The notes beneath the pieces were generated by a model. That model saw only the letters and a list, made by a program, of their open reading frames with translations, had not been told where the DNA came from and ran no database searches. A stretch of 64,000 nucleotides of DNA, taken from contig MU053792.1 of assembly GCA_013239625.1 (NCBI GenBank), positions 135,618-199,617 on the forward strand, given 5' to 3'. Within the stretch, counting starts at the first letter, position 1. Each line of letters starts with the position of its first letter. Below are positions 24,573 to 38,280 of this stretch, piece after piece. A program made the position numbers and the translations under genes. The DNA comes from Lama guanicoe (taxonomy: Eukaryota).

Positions 24573-25754
24573 ACACAATAGAACAGTTGAATACCTCAGG
24601 GAGCCTTTGTTTCTTTTAATAACATTCAAAGAAAATAATAACCAAGAAATAGAGGAATATAGGTTTAAATTTGTTCCCCAGTGGTTTATCTCTTCAAATA
24701 CTCCTCTTTTTAAATAATATTCACAGTATAGTAATTTACAGATCACATTAATTAATGCAGGGAACATTAATGGTGTATATTTTTAAATTATTGTTTTTAT
24801 ACACTTGTGATTGGAAAACATCAATAAAGTTATGTATTGCTGTAACTGGAAGTAATTTTAGTGTTTTTGTGATTCAAATCCCCATTGACAGAAAATTAGC
24901 TAAGTAAATTATTTGTATAATGTCAAATAACAAAAGCTAAGAAAAAAGAAAAGGTGATTTGCATTCCAAAACAGTTTTTTTCTACATCTACTGTCTCTTA
25001 ACCAATCCTAAAATTGGCTAAGATTGGCACTTGACCTATAGCAGTGCTCAAAAAATACATGTTTATTGAAACCTTTTGAAATGTACTAGGGAATATGGTT
25101 TATTTCAAGAATTATCTGGTAAATCCCCTTAAGTAAAAATTAATGGTAACACTCTAATTTTTTTTCTCACAAATCAACATACTCATTTGAGTTGTCTTGC
25201 AATGTGACACACATTGCAGTGCACGTTGTTTACACTTGGATGCTGAGCGTAAACACAAAACAGAACAAAATTAAATCCATATATATTCGACTTTACTCTC
25301 ACTCATGTATTTGAGAATCATCTACCAGAGATGTGTTGTTTTTCTAATATAACCAATCGCACAGGCAATGAGTACAGACAAGCATTCCTTAGGACTTATG
25401 CAGTCCTGTGGGGGCAGTCTCTTAGTCGGGTGCAAGATCTTCCGTTGTCACATAGAAAGCCCAGCCTGATGTTTGTATGTTTCTGGGCAATAAAAATGCT
25501 CACGTGGCTGTGTGGCCAGCATACAGCTCTAGAAGCACAGAAGACTACCTACAGGTATGATCTCAGGGTCCATTCTGAAAATCAGATGAATGCATCCTGG
25601 CAATCCTTTCAACCTTTAGCTGCTCCTTCAGGACAGAGAGAATATTTTTTTAAACATATATTTATTGGCATTCGAGGCCTGCTCACTCTGCATCCCCAAG
25701 AAATATCTTGCCTTCACTTGTGCTAAAGCAAAACCTATAATAGTATGGCTAAAA

Positions 25755-25915
25755 CTTAGATAACATTTCTACTATTCAGGGCATTGTTCTAAGCAATTTT
25801 TAAAAATTAGCTCAGTTAATTGTCACAACCACACTGTGAGGTAAGTGTTATTATTATTACTCTTTACTTTACAGGTGAAAACTAGAGCATCGAGAGGCAT
25901 GAGTTTTTGCATGTG
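25755..25915 (-). mobile_element. MIR SINE
   Basis: 'gcattgttctaagcaatttt...tcacaaccacactgtgaggtaagtgttattatt...ttacaggtgaaaact'. Confidence 0.7.
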
Positions 25916-28432
25916 AATCCATGTCATCTGGGTTGCAGCCTCCATGATCTAAGCCACCGTGGGCCCCTGCTTCCCCCGTGGTAGCCTTGCTTACTTGCCA
26001 GCCTTGCCTGCAAAGTGCTGGTGAAACTTCTCTGAGGTGCTGAGAGACAGCAAGCTAGACTGAAATTAAACGAGTGTCCTCCCTTACGAGTTCGGCCTGG
26101 CACACCGAACACAAATTGTGGGAAGGTGCACAGTTTAGCAAGTTCTTTTTGACTTTTCCCAATTGCAGAAAGAAAAGACAATGTTGCTTTTTTTTTTTTC
26201 TAAGATGAGAAAATGAGCAGAAAATCCATATCTCGTATCTCATTTTGACTTGCCTTTTACATCATTTTTCTACTTAACTCCAAAACTAAGAGAACATAAA
26301 AATGTAGGAATCATTTGTGAGGTGATTTCAGTAACACAACTTTTCCTTTATTTTGATTCTTCTCTTTGTTTTCTTCAAAATCTAATTTTTATTATGTTGA
26401 CCCTCCACAGCTCTGTCTTCCAAAATGAAGATTTTCTAGCATTTTAAAGTGTCATCTGTATAGATATTTTAAATACTTTCAACTTTGAAGCATGTCTTAA
26501 AAGTCTGGAACTCAATGAAAAAAAAAAAATCCTTAGAGCTCACATTTGCAACCAGGACAGTTTTTGTGTGAGAGAAATGCATAGACGTATTTGGTACATA
26601 AGTTTAATTCTGTGAAGAATTCTGACCCATATGACTCATTATTTTGGGTACATGGGATGGATAATGCTGAAGTCCCAATACAAATAAGAAAACTACAAAA
26701 ATTTGGGTAAAGCATGTTTAGGGCATCAGATATATTTCTTATAATTGATGTATCCTGATATACAACTAGAATATGTGATAAAGAATTTAGTAACTTCAAT
26801 TTAAGATAAATCCTAATTTGCCTTGTCTTTGACATATCATGTCTTACCAGGACAAAATGGTAAATTCTATTCCAAGAAGTGGCAAAAGTATGAGAAATTT
26901 CAAAATCCAATATATTTTTTTTAAGTATGCAACTCATTAACCAAATATTCTAATAGCTACCAGCAGAATTAACACATAAGGACCACAGATTTTAGTGACC
27001 GTTTAGTGAGACCCATCTCAAATGGCAGTCCCAAACTCGGAATTGTAGAGTAGAGAAGCTACGCGAAAGTTCTAAGAAATAATCTTCTTATCTCAAGGAC
27101 TAGGCAAGGAATGCACTCCCTAGAGTGGTGAAGGGTTCATCTTAAGCACACCTGCTCCTGTGGAGGTACCGAATCCTGCAGAGATAATTGGGGTATTCTA
27201 GACACCTGTCAGTGAAGATTGAGGCAATCCATAGCTCTGCAGACTCCTTTAGCATTTCCAGGGCCTCTTTTCCTCCCATGGTTTATGAGAACAATACCCC
27301 TTTGAAGAGCAGAAGCCTTGGCAGTATAATGTGGGAGGCAATGTCATTTCAGGTTTCAATGCTATTGTCTGGAAAATTCATGGAAGCAATTAAAACTCTT
27401 TGTCTAAATAATCTGATTAGATGCTGCATAAAGTCATGGATAATTATTTGCTTCTGGCCAGAAAATAGTAAGTAGAATCTAATAAAGAAGCATGATAAAA
27501 ATTTCTCTTATTATGTAGAACGTGATGAAGTCTGATAAGAGTAAGGTATAAGGTAATTTCCATTATTTAGAAGCAAAAAGTAAAAAAAAAAAATCGGTTA
27601 CAATACAGCATTCATGTCAGAGATGCTGTAAAAGAGACAAGCAAGGAGAAGAAATCCCAATAACCAATAGAACTATTGTAAGGTTGGTGTCTTGAAGCTT
27701 GAAGCTGATCAGACCAAGTCAGAGCAGTGCAAGTATCTAGCCTGCTCTGTGTCTCACTCAAGACTTTTCAAGATGGTATCTCAGAGTATCACTTGGGTCC
27801 CAGATTTTGTCATATGTGACAAGACAGTATGTCAATGATGAGGATGGTCACTGCATCATTGCCAAAACAATACTTTCTGTAACACTTACTTTTGACTGTT
27901 GAGTCCCTGATCAGTAACACCTAGTTGCTGGAAGTTAACAATGGCTAAAAAAGCAGGCACCCTAACCTAATGTGACCACAATTTAGAACTCATCTCTTAT
28001 ATAATAATAATCAAAGCTTTGCTTTGTTTTTTGACCTCACACCTCAGGATACTCTTATTTCTAGCCAGTGGTCAAGAAGATCTGTGTCCATGGAGTTTTG
28101 TGTAGAAAGTTATGGGTAATTTAAAAATGTATTTGCAGTCTCTCAGAATAAAATGCTATATCATGTCCTTCTTTAGTTGGGTCCAGAACATTTTCTTAAT
28201 ACTGAAAAAAAGAAAAAAAGAAAAAAAGAAAAAAAAAAGTAGTGTTGGTAAGATAAAGTGCAATTGTACACATTTGATTAAATCAAAAGTATATGTATCT
28301 CAGGAGACAATAATAGAAGCCGTGGTTGCAACCACAAAGAGCTACACTAAATATTGTTTCTTAAATGCACATTAGAAAATTTCATTACAAGGCAGACCAA
28401 GTTTGATTTTTATCTAATGAACCTGAGCTTTC

Positions 28433-28836
28433 TGCTAGTCTGAGCCCCTATGGGGTCCTCCTTGGTACAAAACATTTCCATGTCCCTCATGTCTTGTTTG
28501 TAAGAAATAGACTTCATTCAGCCTCCTTGACCTTCCCTGTGTTCCGATGGGCAGATTCAAACAGTTGCTAATCAGGGGAGGGAGGGTGTGTAGAGACAAG
28601 GGAGGAACAGTCAAGAAACAATAGTGCAGCCTTGGGACAGGGTCCTGGTTCCACCTCAAGGGAGATACATAATATCTTTGAGTTCTTCTGCAGAACTAAG
28701 GCCCCCACTGAGGTGGAGGATGGCAACTCCAGGCTGAGCACAAGTTTCCTGGAACAGCACCCTGTTGCCTCACCACCAACCAATCAGAAAAAAGTCACAC
28801 ATCCAGCAGCCGTAAAACTCTTCCCTCTCAAAGCCA
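28433..28836 (+). mobile_element. ERV1-class LTR fragment (U3; 3'-truncated)
   Basis: LTR-like text starting with TG (tgctagtctgagcccctatgggg), with a CCAAT box (aaccaatcag ~28778) typical of ungulate ERV1 LTRs. Interrupted before U5. Confidence 0.65.
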
Positions 28837-28858
28837 CTTGTTTTCTTGCAATAATAAA

Positions 28859-28956
28859 AAAGAAGAAGAAGAAAGAAGAAAGAAGAAGAAGAAGAAGAAG
28901 AAGAAGAAGAAGAAGAAGAAGAAGAAGAAGAAGAAGAAGAAGAAGAAGAAGAAGAA
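28859..28956. repeat. (GAA)n trinucleotide tract; 25 perfect units at 28882-28956
   Basis: Directly visible. Confidence 0.97.
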
Positions 28957-29118
28957 AATACAAAACCAATTGGAAAACAATGTTTAAAATGACAGTAAAC
29001 ATATCTATCAGCAATTACTGTAAATGTCAATGGACTCAATGCTCCAGTCGGAAAAAAAAAAAAATAGAGTGGTGGATTGGGTAGTGAAACAATGAAACAA
29101 GAGCCTGCAATATAAGTG
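28957..29118 (+). mobile_element. L1 spacer / ORF2-start fragment
   Basis: 'ctatcagcaattactgtaaatgtcaatggactcaatgctcca' encodes the L1 ORF2 N-terminal (I)TVNVNGLNAP motif. Confidence 0.8.
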
Positions 29119-29204
29119 TATCTTTAATGGTCCCATCCTCTGTTCCAGTCTCAGCTGGAGTCCAGTGAGCCAAGCCTGCAGCCCTTGTTTTGTTGAAGTG
29201 TACA

Positions 29205-30790
29205 CTTCAGTAGCTTTCTGAGAAAAGATGTGAGAGAGGCAAATTTATTTTGGATGGTGCTTGTGTGAAAAAGTTTTGTCTAACTTATTTAAAGGAAATG
29301 AGATTCTAGGTTGAAAATAACTTTAATATTTTGGGGAAGGGAAAATGCTTAATTCTACTAAATTCTGGCTACCAGTGTTACTTTTGAGAAATGTGTTGCT
29401 GTTCTTGCCTTAAGCATTGTATAAGACATATATTTTTGTTTTCTCTTTGATATTATTTAAAAAAAACACTTTTAACCTGTGTTTTGAAATTTCTTTTTGA
29501 GGTACTTTATTGTTGCTCATTTTGCCTATAATATGCTAGACTTTCAATCTGGAAACTTAAGCCCCTCATTTCTGAGATGTTTTCTTATCCTTTCTTTCTT
29601 TCTTTCTTTCTTTCTTCATTCATTCATTCATTCATTTATTCACCAAACTATTGGCTGTTGGACCCTGTGGACTGAGGCTCTTTCTTTTATTTTTGCTTAT
29701 TTTTTTTTCAATAGCTTTACTTTCATTTTGCTTTCATGGAGCATAACTAAAATTCGTTTTCTACTCCTTATATCAAAATTTCAATTTCTACTATCATATT
29801 TTCAAGAGATTATTTTTCAAATTCTTGGGATAGTCCATTTTATAAACTCCTATTCTTGATTTATAAATACAATTTTTTTTTATAATTCTTTAAAAAAATG
29901 AATTATAGTTCTTTGGCATTTTTCTCATAAACTCTATGACTTCATTGTTTATAGTTTCTAACTTTCTATTACTTTAAATTTTGCCTTTTTCACATTTGGC
30001 ACCTTTCCCTCTAAATATCTAATTATTCTCTTCTTTAAAAGTGGGGCATTAAAAAGCGTATCAGAAGACTTTCATGTGTGGTGAAAGGAAATGGGTAAAA
30101 ATGTTGACAGTTGAAATTCATTGTAGGGTAGTTAGGTGAGACCCAGCTATTCTGTTAGAAGACCTCCAAATATCAGGGTTAGCAGTTCTTACTTATTAAG
30201 CCAATGTATGTCCCCCAGAGTGGAATCACCTAGATCCCTGGCTAGTTAATACTTTTAGCTACTGACTTTATGTGAATTACACAGAGCAAAAGGATATAAG
30301 TTTTACAATTCATCATGCAAATATTTGTAAGTAATCTCTCTCTTCTCAGTTAGGTATATTACCACTACTCTCAGTAGTGCCTCGTATCTCTCTTTAACTC
30401 AACCTCTGCAAAGATTAAACTTCCAATCTTTTGCTGGATTTAAGGAAAATATGTGGATTAAAAAAATCTTTATACAACAAAGGAGAAAGGAACCTTTCAG
30501 CCAACGCTCACTTATCATGCATAACTCCACACCTTCTCCCACAAGGTGTTCACTGACACGCAGTTCTGAGCTTTTCTAAAACTCTGCAGCATGGATCAGT
30601 CTGCATCTTGGTTTCTCCTTAGACAGGCTGAAGTTTCACTTTCCTTTGTCCACTTGGGTGTCACTTCCTATTTGCTTTCCACTTTCCAAAATTGTATGTA
30701 CCATCATCTTTACTTTGTTTTATTTCACATTCTCTTTATTCCTTTGTGCAATGTTATTTTAAAAGTATTATCATGTTAGTTTGGTTTCTG
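29205..30790 (-). mobile_element. Ancient HAL1/L1-like relic
   Basis: 'ttctgagaaaagatgtgagagaggcaaattt...gattctaggttgaaaataac' resembles recalled antisense HAL1. Boundaries approximate. Confidence 0.5.
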
Positions 30791-32448
30791 GAAAGGAGTT
30801 GAGTTACAATGTATCTAAATCTGACACATTTAATACAATAACCTGAACCCTCTAATTTTTCCTTGCACAGTGTGGTGATAAGACAGGACTTAATATTATT
30901 TCCTGCTTGGAAAAAAATTGTCTCATTGGCCATTCTCCCTTAGTAAGAAAAAGTGAGAAAAAAATGAGACTTACCTAACCTGGGCAAAAGTTGCCTTTCC
31001 TGGTAAACACATTTCTAGCTTAGCAGGCTTTAACATTAAAATTTGATGCCAGAATTCTAAATCAGATCTTGTCATCTGGGTATATAATTTCCCTGGAATA
31101 TTTTAAAAAATGTAAATAAATAGACAAAATAATTATTAACAGCACTGGGCATTCATGAGTCTCTGTCAAAATATATCTTTTTACTCTCTCTCTTTCTCTG
31201 TGTATTTATATGTAGTACATGTATATCAGTATATATAAATGTGTGTGGATATATTCATATATGTATATTGTACACAACATAAAATTTTAAAAATACAGTT
31301 TTTGAGAGTGTTATATTGCCAAGTATTAATAGTACATAACTGGATTGTAGGGATTTGGGTGTATTCTTTATTTTTTTTTAATTTTCCTGGTCATCTGCCA
31401 AAGAAAATGCATTGCATGTTTAATAAGGAAGTTATAACTCAGAATCTGCAATTTTAGTGAATATAATTATCATTTCCTGAGAAATTAATAAAAGTTAAGA
31501 AAAGATGACCATGAGAGAAGCTGGAACTGAGAAAAAAGTTCCCACCATGCTTTAAGGTCAATAACTTCCAATTTGGTGCCTGGGAAAACCTGGTTAAAGT
31601 CTAACTGCTGATAAGCTTGGAGTTACCTTGAACTTTTATTTCTTCCTGAAAACTTGATGTTAGGGAAGGAAAACATTGTGGCAATGTGGATTCTTAAAAT
31701 AGATGACCTCATTGCTCTTGATCTCCTGCAACCACTGGACCTTAACTTGCTGCCATGTTTTAACACCGACGAAACATCTTCTGAGGTTCCTGTGTAAATT
31801 TTCCCAATGTGTTTCATCAACTTGGGAAAGAAAACGTAGGCCCGAGGGGATTGTCATGTACATTGTTCAGTATCCTTGTTCTGACAAATTGTTTTCTTTT
31901 AATAATCCACTCAGCCCTGAAATGAGTTTACGAGTTTTCTGTAGCACAGTAATTTCCAGAATGCATGTGTGAGGTCACTGAGCTGTTGTGTTTCTTCATC
32001 AGAGTAAAAGGAATTGTGTATTAATCTTTTCATTGTCTCTCCTCACGTACAGCAGAGTGACGACTTTTTGGCATGTGCTCAATTATGGTGCCAAACAGAT
32101 GGAGACTATTCAGGCAGAAGCTGAGTCAGGCAGTGATGCCCTCCCCAGTTTTGTGCTTGTGAGGAGAAACAAACAGAGCGGGCTTCCTTTTCTTTCTCTT
32201 TTGATATTTGGATTCTGAATAGGAGGGGAAAAATCATTCTGAATGAACTGCTGTCTCTTCTATTGATATGTATTGTATTGAATAAGAACACATTTGCAAT
32301 TAATCAAACCCTCTAAATAAATCAGTTAATGTGGAAAATTAACAAAGTACATTTAAACATTTTATTACTTTGTTTCAGAAAGAGAAATTTATTACTGTCA
32401 TTGTAACTCTAGGTCTCTTCCTCTTAATTTACTTTCTACAACCTGGCC

Positions 32449-33230
32449 CATTCATTTATTTCAGAAAATATTTATAACATATTCACTATACCAGGAACTT
32501 ACCTAAGACCTAGAGATACTATGAAAAATAAAATGTAGATCCCCAGATCCTCACGCCACTTGCATTCTAGTGGATAAATAATACTGGCAATAATCAATAT
32601 AAATAAGGGAATGTCACATGTCAGACAGTGAGTGCTGTGAAGCAGCGCACAGGTTAAGAGGAAAGAGCCTACCGATGAAGCCGAGTTTTATTGTTCATAT
32701 GAGAAAGCCATAGAAGAGATCTCCAATGGAGTGCCGCTTGAAGATGTTTAAGTAAGACCAGTGGACAGATGAACAAAAATAACGTAAAGAACCTGAGATA
32801 GAATCACACAGTTCTACAAAGCATACTTGAGAAACAGCAGGGGGCCAGGGCAGCAGAAGTAAGGTGAGAAAACACGAAGTAGAGAGGAAGCGGAAAGGAA
32901 GCGTGGTGTCAGATCATGTAGGGATTTAAGCATTTTAAAGTCTTAGATTCCATGCTAAGTGAGACTGAAAACCAGTAGAGAATTTTGAACAGAGAAAGGA
33001 CACAGTAACTTACATTTTAGACAGATCATTCTAGATACTTTTTTGGAGGGGTGTTTCTGTGAGGACACAACACTGGACTCAGATCTTTTGAAAAAATACA
33101 GTAATAATCAAGATGAGAGATGATAGTGGCTTAGCCCAAGGTGATGGCACAGGATTATGATAAGCAGTTACATTCTGTGTGTTTGTTAAAAAAAAGACTA
33201 AAAAGATTTGGTGATATACTGATTGCGAGG
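32449..33230 (-). mobile_element. LINE-2 3' fragment
   Basis: 'cattcatttatttcagaaaatattt...cttgcattctagtgg...gtcagatcatgtaggg...ttttgaacagagaaagg...gatgagagatgatagtggcttag' is antisense L2. Confidence 0.8.
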
Positions 33231-33291
33231 GGAAGAAACACCAACAAAATAACAAACCAGTTTAAAAGAATACTTTTTAAAATCATAGTAG

Positions 33292-34400
33292 AGGCTGGCA
33301 CCTTCTGAATGATGGAGTATAGACTTCAAACATTCTGCCTTCCATGTAGGCAATGTGAGTACTGGCAAAAATTATCGGAGTGAAATGTTTCAGAACTCTG
33401 GAAATTAACCAAAGTTGGGAGCATTTTTTTAATAGCTAAACCGTGGTTAAAATCTCTAAGCTTCATGGTGTTTTAACTTCTCTCCTTCTTATATCCCTCA
33501 TCCAGTTCAATGGTTGACTTGAAAACCAGTAAGGGACTCTTATCATGGTGATAACCAGAAAGATGGTAGCCAACTGAAGTAGCAGGTGAGAACTGGAGCT
33601 CCTTAAAGGCTGTATTTTCAGTGAGTCGTCATGAAGACTTTTTGGTGGCTTCTTGGAAGACCTCAGCTGCAAGGCCGTATGTATAGAAACTGATTGATGG
33701 CTTGCCCAGTGCAGAAGAAGCCTTTTTCCTGGGGATATTTTAGAAAAAAAAAACAAACAAACAAACAGACAATTTACTAATTTTGCAGCTGCCTGGGCTA
33801 TGGATAAATAATATGGGCAAATTACAGGCTAGCCAAAAAGCTCAAAATGTAAAGCTAGAAAAATGAGATGCTCAGAAAATCTGTTAATACTCCTGACAAT
33901 TTCCTGGAATAAATAAGACCATGCATGTATGATGTACATATGTTCAGGAAAGACAAGAGAAAGTCTTAAGCTGTGACCTTTGGTTGACTTTGAGACTCTA
34001 CACAGGCAGAAAATGAGGTTGAGGGAGAGTTGTCAATTGCCTGACTGATATTGAATGACTGTTCCCACACACACACAGAATCCTTCAACAAAGACTTGGA
34101 GAATTAATGATCCTTCCCCTCAAAGAACTGCAATCAGAAGCTGAGGGCTAAACTACAGAAACGAGACTTCAGGGGCCACACACAGCAAAGAATGATGATT
34201 TTGTAGAATTAACTCAAACAAATCGCTAAAACAACGAAACAACAACCTGGAAGATCATCTCAAATCTGGGAGGTTGGAAGACTGATTTCCAGAGAAGCTA
34301 CATTATGTTGTATAGTATGTCCAATTTTTATACCATTTTATATATTTTTCACCAAAAAAATAAATAAGAAGCAAACACAAACTAAATTGAGACCCATACA
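33292..34400 (+). mobile_element. Old L1 5' end (L1MC/L1MD-like)
   Basis: 'tttcagaactctggaaattaaccaaag' and 'ctgatttccagagaagctacattat' match old L1 5' UTR text also seen near 4515 and 21615. Confidence 0.7.
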
Positions 34401-35481
34401 CAGCACAGCTCAGGTGTGTAAAGCAGGCGTTGTTGAGAGTGGCGGAATCAGAAGTCTTTTTGAGTTGACTTTTGAAGCCCCTTCTGCTTCAGGTTGACTC
34501 CAGTAACCAACAATAACATGGGGGATAAAGTGTCCATCAAATGCCACGGCAACTGATCTATTTAGTGATTTTTAAGAAAGAATGCACACCGTTGTCAGAA
34601 CATAGATGATCTGAAAAGCTGAAAACATGCAACAGTTTTGTTTCAAGGGCAAGTGTGATTGCAGAGTCCGCTTGCCACATAGAGCAACAGCGAAGAGCCA
34701 AGCGTTGCCCCAAGACGAGGCCTAAATATTCCACATAATCCGTTTGTCAGCAGCAGTCAGGGGCATCACCTCGTACACTGTGGCCTCTGTCTCCAGGAGA
34801 CAGAAGGGATCACTGTTGGCACAGTCACAAGTTCGGCAGGCTGTCGTAGTTTTTGGAGTAGAACCCCACGTGCTCTTTAACTGTGTTCCCAGTCCATGAC
34901 GGTGGATGTATTACCGTGTCTGGTTTTTTGATGAACTCAGGAGGTGATGGCAGTGACTGGGTACTGCCGGCTTAATCAGCAACTTGACAGTAGTCAGTTT
35001 CCTCAGAGAACGGTTTTGCTTATTGCAGCAACCTACCTGAGTGACCCAGACTGTCCAGTTGGCAGTAAGGACCTATTTCTGCATATCCTGGCCCCTCTCC
35101 TCTCACTGGTCATTGTCCTGTGCTGCTGGCTACTCAGTGTGTGAAACTGTCATTTCCAACATTTTGTCCAGATTTGTAGCATTTCTGGGTGAAAGGATAA
35201 ATCCCATTTACTCCTATTCTTTGTAATAGTTGGAGCAGCAAAAAGAATCTCTTCCTTCTCCTCTGGGAGAAGAACAATGGCCAAGGTGGTTGGAGCTTGG
35301 AAAAAAAGACAACATAGAATATCCAGAAATAAAAATTGTTCAAGGGCTTTGCATGTTCTTTTGTCATTTTTTTAAGGAGAATCTTAACCATCATATGAGA
35401 GTTTATGCTGCTGAATCTCAGCCCTAGATTTTAAAACCAAAAAGAAATACTCGAGATTTTCCAGGGAGCGCAGAGCCTTAC

Positions 35482-35647
35482 CAATGTCCTTAGAGGATGC
35501 TTCTGTGATTGTGAGCTCGCTGACCTCCTCTTCTTGTTGCTCTGTACACACTCTCCTTGGCAAGCACGCTCTTTGCAGTGAGGCTGATGAGCTGTATTCT
35601 GAGCAGGGAGGAGTCAGCGTCACAGCACCCGTTTGCTGGACCTCAGG
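35482..35647 (-). other. Candidate 166-nt spliced exon of an unidentified minus-strand transcript
   Basis: Acceptor tctcttatcttcag| and donor TTG|gtaagg, with one open frame (PEVQQTGAVTLTPPCSEYSSSASLQRACLPRRVCTEQQEEEVSELTITEASSKDI). No homology recognised. Confidence 0.3.
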
Positions 35648-37770
35648 CTGAAGATAAGAGACTAGTGAATATACCCAATTGATTCATTGGGTCTTCCCAA
35701 ATAACTCCCAGCCAAACCCTCTACAGGACAAAGGGAAAGGCGAAGCAGAGACTGGTCACTCACTAACCACTTCCTCACAGCTACTGGCTCTTCTCCTTTG
35801 ACATATATACGTTTTTAAACACATCGAAACGCAGATCGCATCGCTCCTTGTCTTTTAAAGTTCATCTCTTCAGCAGCGCTTCACTTTGGGAACTATTCCC
35901 AGTGATGAGTCCTGAAACAAATGTTTCCCTGTAATTTTAAACAGTGAGACCCTTTGATCTGTTGCTGTTGTTTTATGCATTTCCTTCATTTCCTTTCTTT
36001 TGAACAATGATTTTCGGTTCTCAGGACTATCATGGAAGTCTGTGAGAGATTATTCTCTTTTTTAAGCTGTAAATTTGTGAGTTGGAAAGAGAAACAAGAA
36101 CGCTAGCTAGTGGCCACTGAGGGCCTTTTACTCTGTAGCATCCTCTCTACTTGGGACTGTGTATAGAGCGTCTCATTCAACAACCTTGTGAGGCAGCTGT
36201 CACAGTTCTGGAATTAACAGATGAAGAAATACAGACTAAGAAAGGCCAAGACCAGTGCATAGGCGTTTTTCAAGTGTCCAAATTCAAAACACTGTCCCTT
36301 CTATTCTTCTCTTTTGCAAACTTACTCTGTGAAATCAGCCTGAGACATTTCTACTTTATTTTATATATTTTATTTAAACAGTAATAAAACAGCATTTTTA
36401 TTAAAACAGTGACAGGCAATTCAGGAAATGTAAAAAGCGATATTTTTAAAAACATAAATATCATTATCTCTAATCAAGCTCCATCTTCCTCTTCTGAGCA
36501 GCCAATATTAATAATTTTGAGTTTTTCATTACATACAAACACATTCAAATACATAAAAGCACAATTTGGTAACTTCTATATGACATAGCATGTATTATGT
36601 TCTTCAATATATTTTTTAAATTTAAAACTAAATCTTTGACTTTTTTTCCATCCAATATATTGACTTTTAAAATTGCTGCATAGTATCCCATTGTCTGCTA
36701 TAGCTCAATTTTATAATCATTCACTGCTCTATTGTCAGAGATACAGAATGTCTATAAATTTTGATATTATAAATAATACTACAGCCAACATACATATAGT
36801 TACACCTTTTCATTTTACAGGTACAAATGTATTATTCATCTTCTTCCCCGATTTGACCCTTTTCCCCTTTCCATTTAAGAGACTCTAGTTTAATTAGCAA
36901 ATGCACCATCCAGTAACATTGCCAGGTTTCCCTCGGCCATGCTAGGGAGTTTAAATGATGATTCTCTTCCCATCCCAGCAGTTTTAGGCAAACTGATATT
37001 GGCATTTAGGTATCAAATTCCTGATTCACAGCCATTCAACTCTTAAAAGTATTAGATGTTCCAGTATTCACATTCTTAGAGCAGGTTCATAGAATTATAG
37101 AAATAAGAGATTGAAATGACCTAATGGGTCAACTCTTCCCTACCCCTGCCAGCACAAGATTGTTCCTTACAATATATATTATTAATGGGATGGACTGAAA
37201 TATATTTCTTTAGAATCAATCTATTCACTCAAAGAAAAAGGGAAGAAGTCTTCAATGAGAACAGGGATCCATCCAGATGAATGATTTCAGGGTCATGAAA
37301 TGATTTATTGCAATTTTCACAGAATTATGTTGAGCAATGTAATTTTATTTAATTAAAAATGTTCTAAATCAGTAGAATTTATACCCTTCTCTTAGAACAC
37401 TTTTTTCATTATTTAAGACTGATTACCAACAGGAAAAATATTCCATTTCCAAAGTAAATTTTCTTGTATTTCTAAGCCTTACCTGGGAAAAGTTTGATAG
37501 CTGAGGACATGGGCCATATTCTGATTTCAAAAATAATGACTTACAGTAAGAAGAATGCTGCCAGGATCTAGACATGATCCTCCTCATACACAAATATACA
37601 TTGGGTAATACATAGATTTTATAAAAATTAGGTGAAGCAAGACAAGTTGTTCTTAGCAGAGTGCCTAATGCATCCTCAAGAAATGTTTTTTATCTCATTT
37701 ATTCACCCTCCTTACTACCTAAATTAGTGTTCAAATACCTCCCTTTACTAGTGCTTCTTCAATCTTAGCT

Positions 37771-38280
37771 ATTCATCCATTCATTACAAATTTACTGAGT
37801 CCCATTTCTATTTCAAACATTGTGGGAAATAACACTGGTACAGTGAACAGAGAAGGAGAGTAAAGGGTGATTGTTCTGCTCTTTTGAAGATTATAACCCA
37901 TCTGGGGAAATCAATTATTAATCAAGGAATCTTACAAATAAATGAAAAAAAATTAAACTATTGTATATGAAAGAACCGTGTGGCATGAAAGTCCAGGGGG
38001 GTTACATCTAATCTGCATAGTCCGAGCAAGACTCCCGGATGATGAATCTGAAATGGAAAAGAGAGGGGGAAGAGGGGCCAGAGTACTCCGTGCAGGGAGG
38101 ACGTAATGAAAGGAGCAACTGTTCTGTTATGGTAGGAAGCCTGGCACGTGGAGGAAGAGACTGACAGGTAACTGGGCTAGTGAGGAGAAAGTAAGAGGAT
38201 AAAGAAGCAGATGAGGCGGGGGAGATACAAGAGCAAGCATGGAAAGAGAAGAGGTTGGACAAAGACATGAATGGATGTAG
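37771..38280 (-). mobile_element. LINE-2 3' fragment
   Basis: 'attcatccattcattacaaatttactgag...acagtgaacag...' follows the antisense L2 pattern. Confidence 0.65.

Noticed and set aside
28632..29084. Poly-Arg/Ser/Leu ORFs
   Set aside because: Artefacts of the (GAA)n tract. The Phe/Leu/Ser-rich ORF at 19217-19579 likewise comes from (CTTT)n.
34730..34900. Minus-strand peptides VGFYSK and LLETEA resembling retroviral RT-connection motifs
   Set aside because: Two very short matches in different frames, with no surrounding pol similarity.
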